Assembly (NCBI RefSeq): GCF_001447785.1
Contig: NW_015170912.1
Span: 352,977-416,976 of the forward strand
DNA from: Gekko japonicus
Taxonomy: Eukaryota
Reading direction: 5' to 3'
Length of the DNA stretch: 64,000 bases
The position numbers were made by a program, and so were the translations under genes. A model generated the notes under the pieces. It did not search any database, was not told the origin of the DNA, and was given only the letters and a program-made list of their open reading frames with translations. This document shows, piece by piece, positions 39,781 through 64,000 of the stretch. Within the stretch, counting starts at the first letter, position 1; each line of letters begins with the position of its first letter.

Positions 39781-42700
39781 GAATTGGAGGTGCTAGCAAA
39801 AGTTCTTGCACTACTGCTTAAGCGCTTGTGATCGATGAGAGAAATAACAAAATTCAGGTAGGTCGCCGTGTTGGGATCTGAAGAAGCGCGGATAAAACTT
39901 TGTTGGTCTTAAGGGTGCCACTGGACTCGAACTTTAAGTAGTTAAATTGTTATCTTGTAGCAAACTGCTGGTCGTTTCCTTTAAGATTGTGCCTTGTTAC
40001 TGCTCGGGGACCTTGCAGTGCTCCCTCTAAGCTGTGGAGTCTTGTGAGGAAACATTCTGCTTTGTGAGTTACTGGCATTAAAGTTGCGAGGGAGCGATTT
40101 GGCTGCTGCATAAATTAGTGTGCTCTGGAATCGTCTTTCCTGAGCGAAGACAAAAAATGTGTGAGCCGGAGACTAAAAAAACTGTGAGCTAGCTCACACT
40201 AACTCAGCTTAGAGGGAACACTGGGACCTTGGTTCCCGTTAGTGTGGTTGCGGTGAATCAAGCTTTAGGTACAAGCTGTACATTGCAATTGAATAAAACG
40301 TTGGTCTTAAAGGTGCCACTGGACGCAGTCTTTGTTCTGCTGCTTCAGACCAACGCGGCTGCACACCTGAACCTATTTCAATTGTTTCTCCACCTTCCTT
40401 CCAGTCGGAGAGCCTGAGCCACCTGCTCCAAGCAGGGACTGAAGTGAACATACCTGCCGATGCTCTGGGCCAGGACCCGGCTCACCTGGCTGCTCATGGA
40501 GGACAGGCTTTCTTACTGCTTTGGCAACTGCAGACAGGAGCCAATTTGAACCAACAGGTACAAGTCATGCTTTCTGTTTCTTGAGCAGTCTAACTCTAGC
40601 GAGGCTACCTTGTCTTTTATGGAGTGGAAGGATTTATATATATCTTTTATGGATTGGAAGGATTTATATATATATATATATATACTTGTATATCAACTGG
40701 CTACTGAGGTGGAATAGATCACCATTGGCTGGCACTGCAAATGAGATAGGTAAATGCAAAGGTAGGTCTGCTGTTGTAGGTTTTACAAGCTCTGCTCCCT
40801 TTGTGCTGAATAGGTAGAACTTTGGATTCTCATTTACTAGTTAACAAAGAGGACAGCAAGTGGCAGTGTTTTGTTATAGGAACTGACTGGTTTGCTAGTC
40901 ACATGGAAGGCAACAAGCCCAAATTATTCAGGTTCTTAGGGAGTGGGTTTTCACTCACAATAGAGGAAGGCCAGGAAAAATGCTTAAAATCTCACTTTTC
41001 AGTCTATCCAGATGACTTTTCATGAATGCATGGGTTCCCCTGTTTAATTGTAAGAAGCAGCTAGTTTTGTAATTGTAAGAAGAGCCAGTTTGGTGTAGTG
41101 GTTAAGTGTGTGGACTAATCTGGGAGAACCGGGTTTGATTCCCCACTCCTCTACTTGCAGCTGCTGGATGACCCTGGGCAAGCCATAGTTCTGACAAGAG
41201 CTGCTTGAAACGGCAGTTCTTGAAAGAGCTCTCTCAGCCCCACCTACCTCACAGGGTGTCTTTTTTTGGGGGGAGTTTGTAAGCCGCTCTGAGACTCCGA
41301 GTGAAGAAAGGGAAAGGTTCCCTTGCTCGAAAGCCAGTTGAATCCGACTCTAGGGTTGCAGTGCTTATCTCCGTTTCAAAGCCAAAGAGCCAGCGCTGTC
41401 TGAAGACGTTTCCGTGGTCATGTGGCCGTCATGACTAAACACCAAGGTGTTCGGAACGCTGTTACCTTCCCACGGAAGTGTTACCTATTTATCTACTTGC
41501 AATTTCTTGCTTTCGAACTGCTAGGTTCTGAGTGACTGAGATTACAAAATGCAACATCTTTGTTTAGGATTGGCTTGGGGAAGCACCCATTCACAAAGCC
41601 GCTAAAGTTGGGAGTTTGGAGTGTCTCACTTTACTTGTTGCCAGTCATGCCACCATCGAGTAAGTACCCCTTCTGCCATACTGATCACTTGTTGTTGTTG
41701 TTCAGTCGCACAGTCAAGTCCGACTCTTCGCAACCCCATGGACCAGATCAGTACTGATCACTAGCAGAAAATTTATCCAAGCAACATTGTAGTTTACACT
41801 GTAAAACTGTAAAACTGTGATTGAAGTATGTTTCAACATAGGCTTACCAAGTGGCGGCAGGGGATCCGCCGCGGGGACAGCGATATGTGTTGCACCGCCG
41901 TCGCCAGGATGTGACACAATGCGTCGCTCTGGCAATGGGGCTGTTTGGAGTCCCGTTGCCAGAGCGACACGTAGTGTCACATCCTGGCGACGGCGGGTGC
42001 AACGCGTGTCGCAGTCCCCGCGGCAGGGATCCTGTGAAAACATGCGGATCCCCCGCCGCCACTTGGTAAGCCTATTTCAACAAAATATGTGGTTATCTCA
42101 GTTCCCTCTAATACATATACAACTTTGAACTTCAGTTTACTTTACAAAAAGATCACTCACAAACTGGTAAAAGGAACTTCCAGATTGTTTTGGTTTTAAA
42201 AAAAAAAAAGGAACTTCAGACCTTGATTCAATTAAAACAAATGACTTTTACGCTTCCCAATGGGACTTGGAGGTGTCTGATTTGCCTCATTGATTTCAAC
42301 ATGATTTAGGCATGACTAATTGGATCACAGTGATGTAACCTGATCCTTCTCAGCCTTTGATATCAGGGAGCTGGCTGCCCACCCTTGTTGAGTGATGTAA
42401 CTTGATCCTGTTGCATTCAATACTATTTGCTCCCAAATGAGTGCACACAGTACTGCAAAGTTTGAGTCCAGTGGCACCTTTAACACCAACAAGGTTTTAT
42501 TCAAGCTATAAGCTTTTGTGTGCGAGCACACGTCTTCAGATAGTGAAACAGAAATCGGCTTCACTGTATCCTGAAGAACTGTGCTTGCACATGAAAGCTC
42601 ATGCCTTGAATAAAACTCTGATCTTAAAGGTGCCACTGGACTCAAACTTTGTTCTACTGCTTCAGATGAACACGGCTACCCACCTGGCACAGTACTGCAG

Positions 42701-44180
42701 TTTTTGTTTACGTACATTGCTCGACTTAACATCAGCAGTCAAATGTATTGTGTTGTCTTCATTTTGTATCCTAGCTTGCGCAATAAGAAGGGACAGACTG
42801 CGGAAGACCTGGCCCTGGCTTTTGGATTTTGGGAATGTGCTCAGTTCCTCAAGACAGTGAAAGAGACTCAGAATAGGAAAGCCATCAAACAAGTTCGGGA
42901 TTCCCTCAGTAACAAGAATGGCTTGCTGAGGGAGGCAACGACAAAACAAAAACGAGCAAGTGAAAGCAGAAGACCCATAAGCAAGAAGACAATGAGATCA
43001 AATGGTACGGTGTTTAGCCAGATGCTTTAAAAAGACATCTACTCCAAACTGCAGCTCCCAGTCAGAGGCTACTTCGGCATGCAGAAAGTGTGTCGATTAA
43101 CCTTTCCCTGTTTCGTGTTCTATTGGGGTATAGATCAATGAAAGTTGCTATTTCTAGAAATATTTCTAGCCTACTCAAAAGCCATTCACAATAGAATGTC
43201 CTTTTTTTGTATTTGTGTGTGTGTGTGTATGTATGCCTAGAAGTCATGGTTGACTTCTGGCGACTCCTAGTGGGGCTTGGACATTTCAGAGAGGTGGCTT
43301 GCTATTGCCCATCTCTGGGTCCTGGCCCTGCTACTCCTTGGAGGTCTCCTATCCAAGTATTTTGCAGGGTCGGCCTTGCTTAGCTTCCAAGATTGGGCTT
43401 GCCTGGGCTATCCAGGTCAGGGCAGTAGAAGTGCTTCTTGTTGGTGCTGTTGGTTGTCATCTAGTATCACCACCCTTGCTCCTTAAATACAACATACATT
43501 AAGCACTGCCCTCTCCAATCACCTTTCAAGGGTACCTAAGGCATACAGTTGTAGAATACAGTGCTTTTGAGAACAGTCAGGACACCTAAGAGTTAAGGAA
43601 TAGGGCTTCTTCCAGGACATACCAAGGTTCTCATGCATCTTCCTAAGCCAAAGCACCTCTTATTAATGTCAGCCTTTGCTGCCGCCTTCCATGATAACAT
43701 TTTGAGAACACGGAGCAAGACATTGTTTTGAAAATGTATAGCAACACTGTTTGTTAAACCAGATGCAAATACACTGTACCTGATTGTATCCCACTCACTT
43801 TCATTGGGTTGATATGTTCCACTAACAACTGTCATATTAATTTGCTGCCAAATGAATAGAGGAAGGAAGACCACCTCACTGAAAAGTGATTTCCCCTTCT
43901 GTGATGTGCCATACAGCAATAGGGATTTATGTGCTGGTTAAATTACTGGATGGGAGAATTCCAGGGTCATTGTGCGGAGGAAGGCAATGGTAAACCTCTT
44001 TCATTAGTCTCTTGCCATGAAAACCCTATAGGGTCATCAAAAGTTGGCTGCCACTTGATGGCACTTTTACACGCACACACAATGTTAAGTCAGTCATCCT
44101 GTGCATTGGAGGAAAAAAATAAACGCTTTATCTGCATTTAAACAGATGCAACGTTTCTGATGTCATGTGAAAGTACATGA
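39710..44180 (+). CDS. ANKRD37: Ankyrin repeat domain-containing protein 37, 179 aa: join(39710..39739,40405..40557,41568..41659,42775..43004,44146..44180)
   Basis: MLLLLDGHAE/SESLSHLLQAGTEVNIPADALGQDPAHLAAHGGQAFLLLWQLQTGANLNQQ/DWLGEAPIHKAAKVGSLECLTLLVASHATI/DLRNKKGQTAEDLALAFGFWECAQFLKTVK matches recalled ANKRD37. GT-AG junctions in phase. The last short exon (DATFLMSCEST*) is less certain. Confidence 0.93.
40016..40223. mobile_element. hAT MITE in ANKRD37 intron 1
   Basis: TIRs and perfect 8-bp TSD ggaccttg at 40008-40015 and 40224-40231. Confidence 0.9.
41083..41306 (+). mobile_element. Squam3-like SINE
   Basis: Family head and core as in 34103-34390. Confidence 0.85.
41311..41527 (-). 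mobile_element. Sauria SINE, head truncated
   Basis: Matches the tail-side approximately 215 bp of 783-1138. Confidence 0.88.
41690..41751 (-). mobile_element. Very short BovB 3' end
   Basis: (GTT)n tail plus cagtcgcacagtc..gtccgactcttcg; 11-bp TSD tactgatcact at 41679-41689 and 41752-41762. Confidence 0.88.
41839..42074. mobile_element. Palindromic CpG-rich hAT-type MITE
   Basis: TIR taggcttaccaagtggcggc...gccgccacttggtaagccta; 8-bp TSD tttcaaca at 41831-41838 and 42075-42082. Confidence 0.9.
42458..42687. mobile_element. Penelope-like element: inverted termini with two hammerhead motifs
   Basis: 12-bp TSD cacagtactgca at 42446-42457 and 42688-42699; hammerhead-like motifs at 42506-42543 (-) and 42566-42604 (+). 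Confidence 0.8.
42566..42604 (+). ncRNA. Minimal type I hammerhead ribozyme motif (Penelope-associated)
   Basis: GTATC-CTGAAGA-A-CTGTG CTTG CACAT-GAAA-GCT-C-ATGC: CUGANGA and GAAA boxes, stem II, palindromic AGCU stem III and stem I GUAU/AUGC. Activity is untested. Confidence 0.6.
43214..43424 (-). mobile_element. 5S rRNA-derived SINE
   Basis: Similar to 9065-9272, with a (TG)n tail on +. Confidence 0.78.
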
Positions 44181-44327
44181 AGAGAAATGTGAAGGACCCT
44201 CCAGAAAAACACCGGCCATGGACTAATGTTGCTCAAAACCAACTATTTTCAACAATTCCTTCTGAGAAGGAGAGTGGTTTGCTTCTTGAAGAAGATACCT
44301 TTTAAAGCATTCCTGTATTTATGCACT

Positions 44328-44333
44328 AATAAA
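44328..44333 (+). terminator. Putative polyadenylation signal of ANKRD37
   Basis: AATAAA about 150 nt after the proposed stop codon. Confidence 0.65.
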
Positions 44334-45589
44334 CTTGCATAAACAGTGCCTTGTCTTTTCTGCCATCATCTTTACACATAAGTGTGTCATATTTAACACT
44401 AACTGCAACTGTCACTCATCCCACTAAGAATGCTGCATGCAGTTGTGCATAACACATGCATGGGGAAGGCAGAGGGAATGGGATGGTGTTTTTAAAAAGA
44501 AGATATTGCTAGTTAAAACTACTATGCAAAGCCACAAGATTCTACTTTACTTCTGTACAGCACTGGGTCCGACAGATACTTTTAACCAGTATTCAGGATA
44601 CAATGATGTTTATCTTGAAGATCAATGTACATGCTGATCTGAACATGTGTATCTGCCTACAAAGGTAATGGGACCTCACTGCAACTGTAAGACTACCCCA
44701 GAGGTATCGAACTCATTTGGTACGAGGGCTAGATCAGACATAAATGTCACCTTGTTGGGCTGGGCCATGTGTGCCATAAAATGGAATTCCAGGTACCAGA
44801 GATATATCCTTTATAAATGATACAGCGTAAACCCAATTAATATTTTTTGCTCCAAATACAAACAAAAGCAATTGATTCCTAGGAGCAAAAGCAATAGATT
44901 TACTGGGGAACCCACAAAAGCCCCAATAAATGTTTTTAATCATATGCAAGCCTAATTTTTCCAAGGGATACCATAAAAGGTTTATCTTTTCCATACAAAC
45001 TAATTACTTTTTGTTTATGTAGCACTTTTAGGAGTCATTGTCCTTGCAAGTAAGGAAGGTAGTTTTCCTGCACACCCCCTTCATATGCCCAGCCTCAGCA
45101 GCTGAGCACAGCTACAATCTGTCTCTCACGCTTTGTTTTCTCTCTTCCCCGATCTCAAGGAGTCATACCGGACTTCCCTCTCCACTGCCCCATCCCTACC
45201 AACAAAACCGTGTGAGGCGGGCCAGGCTGAGCGACCAGTCCCGGATGACCCGTACAATAGGTTCCTGGCTCAGGAGGGGGGAGTCTGAACCTGGCTCTCC
45301 CAGATCCCCCCGCCCCCAGTTCTCATCCCTCCTGAATTTCCCACTGAAGCAGGGCTGAGGGAAAGGCCTGACGGAGAGGCTGTTTCTGAAACCTCCAAGG
45401 GGTACTTTTTGCCCTCCGCAACCCCTTTTCCTTCATGGGCTGAGAACAGGTGCATGGGAGAAGGAAGGTTGCCACACACACACACCCGGCACTCACTCTG
45501 TCTCCCAGTTCCATGTGTCCCTTCACTCCCTTCCAAGGCGCGATGTCTTTACCATTAGAGCGGCAGACACAAGACAGCGCAGTTACCTC

Positions 45590-46042
45590 CAATGCTCCCT
45601 CTAAGCTGTGTTGTGTGAGCTACTGGCATTAAAGTTGTGAGCGAGCAATTTGGCTACTGCATAAATTAGTTTGCTCTGGAAGAAGAAGAGGAGATTGGAT
45701 TTATACCCCGCCCTTTCAGAGCGGCTTACAAACTCCTTTCCCTTCCCCTCCCCACAACAGACACCCTGTGAGGTGGGTGGGGCTGAGAGAACTCTGACAC
45801 AAACTGCTCTTTTTCAAGGACAGCTGTGCCAGAGCTTGTGACTGACCCAAGGTCACATCAGCAGGTGCAAGTGGAGGAGTGGGGAATCAAACCCGGTTCT
45901 CCCAGATTAGAGTCCACACACTTAACCACTACACCAAACTGGCTCTAGTATTACCATTCCTCCTGAGCCAAAATGAAAATCTGTGATCTGGAGGCTAAAA
46001 AACTGAGCTAGCTTACATTAACTCAGCTTAGAGGGAACACTG
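45590..46042. mobile_element. hAT MITE interrupted by a Squam3-like SINE (about 45681-45944, minus strand)
   Basis: TIRs of the 5637-5841 family flank a near-complete SINE; degenerate TSD gttacctc/gttagttc. Confidence 0.85.
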
Positions 46043-46439
46043 GTTAGTTCCCAATCCTCACTAAGTTGCAGTTGGAGGAGGCAGGAAGGGAGAAAACACC
46101 ACACACCTTTCTCCACACGTTATTTTACCTCAGCCTCATAGTCCGGGCCCCTAGCAATTTCCTTTCTATTTCTTGACAGCTCTGACCACACACACATCAC
46201 CACATGTGCCTACTCCCCCACTCCTCCCCAGCAGCCTCCTGCCTGCCCTCCCTCACACCAGTTGCTCGTGGGCCACATAAGAGCCTTGGACGGGCCAGTT
46301 CTGGTCCTTGGGTCATGTTTGACTATCCTGTGTTGTCACAGCCTGCACTGCCACTACTGTTCTAATGCTGCACATCTTAGGGCCAGACGATAAAAGCAGA
46401 TGAAACAACTATTCGAACACGGCAATGTTTAATACTTAT

Positions 46440-46445
46440 TTTATT
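46440..46445 (-). terminator. Putative polyadenylation signal of UFSP2
   Basis: TTTATT on + (AATAAA on -) about 180 nt beyond the UFSP2 stop. Confidence 0.6.
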
Positions 46446-46625
46446 TAAAAGATCACCATATTCTTAATTTACACTCTAAAAATAGTGGAATTAACATTTG
46501 TATACGACTGGGACTCTCAGCAATACGGTAATATTTGAAGTGAAAATATGTAATCATTTCTTATAAGTGTGTACACATTTTTCTAGCTACAACAGCTCAT
46601 TTTCTATGATCTCCAAAATATATGT

Positions 46626-63214
<16,589 letters not shown>

Positions 63215-64000
63215 GCTCCTCTGCCTCAGGCCAGGCCAAGGGAGCTTCCCTGCGCGCCCCTCAACCAACTGACGCGGCGCCTCTCGGCCTCTCTCTGCGG
63301 TGGTCTCTCTCCGCCTCAAACGAGAGGGAAGAGCCGGCTTAGGCGTTTGAACTACATTTCCCGTCGGGCACCTCACGCGTCGCGCAGTGCCGCGCTCTTC
63401 TCCGGGGCTGTACCAAATATTCACAGGCGAAGGGGGGGGCTTAGAAAGCCCCTCTTGGTTTAGCGTTTGGGCTTTTCCGAATCCAGGGCAACGACGTCAA
63501 CAAACACTCTCGCTGGCAAAGAGATGTTTCGCCAGAAGAAGAGCCTGGTGGTGACGTGGGCGGCGGCGGCGGCGGCTGCTACTGCAGCTTTGGGGGCACG
63601 TGCACTCGCTCTTGCTGGGGGAGAGAAAGGGGTGAGTGGACTCTTCAGAGGCTCCAGTAAAGTAGGAGAATTGGGTAATCCCTTTTCCAGGTGATGCCTG
63701 TTTCCCAGTCCTGAAACTTGGTTCCAGACTCCGGCTCTGAAGTGTTCGACATGTATTTATTTTATATATTTATTTATATTTCACGACGTGGCTTATGACA
63801 TCATTCTTTGCTCCTCCGCTTTATCCTCACAACAACCCTGTGAGGTCGGCTAAACCAAGAGAGTGTTAATAGGCCAAGATCACCCAGAGAGCTTTTCTGA
63901 CGGAATGGGGATTCGAACCTTGATCCCACGGATCCTAGTCCAACACTCGAGCCACTATATCATGCTGCTGGATATATTCCATGCAACCATGATTCATGAA

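Noticed and set aside
40613-40684. 30-bp tandem duplication ending in (TA)n
   Set aside because: Ordinary slippage duplication or local assembly artefact; no functional evidence.

Overview
Vertebrate genomic DNA from a squamate reptile, most likely a gecko judging by the SINE, BovB and Penelope repeat content. It carries the conserved block SNX25 (3' end, +), LRP2BP (-), ANKRD37 (+), UFSP2 (-) and a CpG-island promoter probably shared with CFAP96/C4orf47. Coding exons of all four genes were traced by hand with GT-AG junctions and consistent phases; LRP2BP, ANKRD37 and UFSP2 are complete. Introns and intergenic DNA are dense in transposable elements: CR1, L2, L1/Tx1, BovB, Sauria, Squam3-like and 5S-derived SINEs, hAT MITEs, a solo LTR and Penelope-like termini. 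Most notable: (i) TSD-flanked Penelope-like elements carrying minimal type I hammerhead ribozyme motifs, often as inverted pairs; (ii) a 571-bp insertion with a 15-bp TSD that is an apparently perfect 234-bp-arm foldback; (iii) an altered UFSP2 start region with an ATG-TAG start-stop element; (iv) an RFX X-box at the LRP2BP promoter and an HRE cluster at ANKRD37. There are four N gaps. No protein-coding novelty was found; most ORF-track entries are spurious or TE-derived. Homology calls are from recalled sequences, not database searches.
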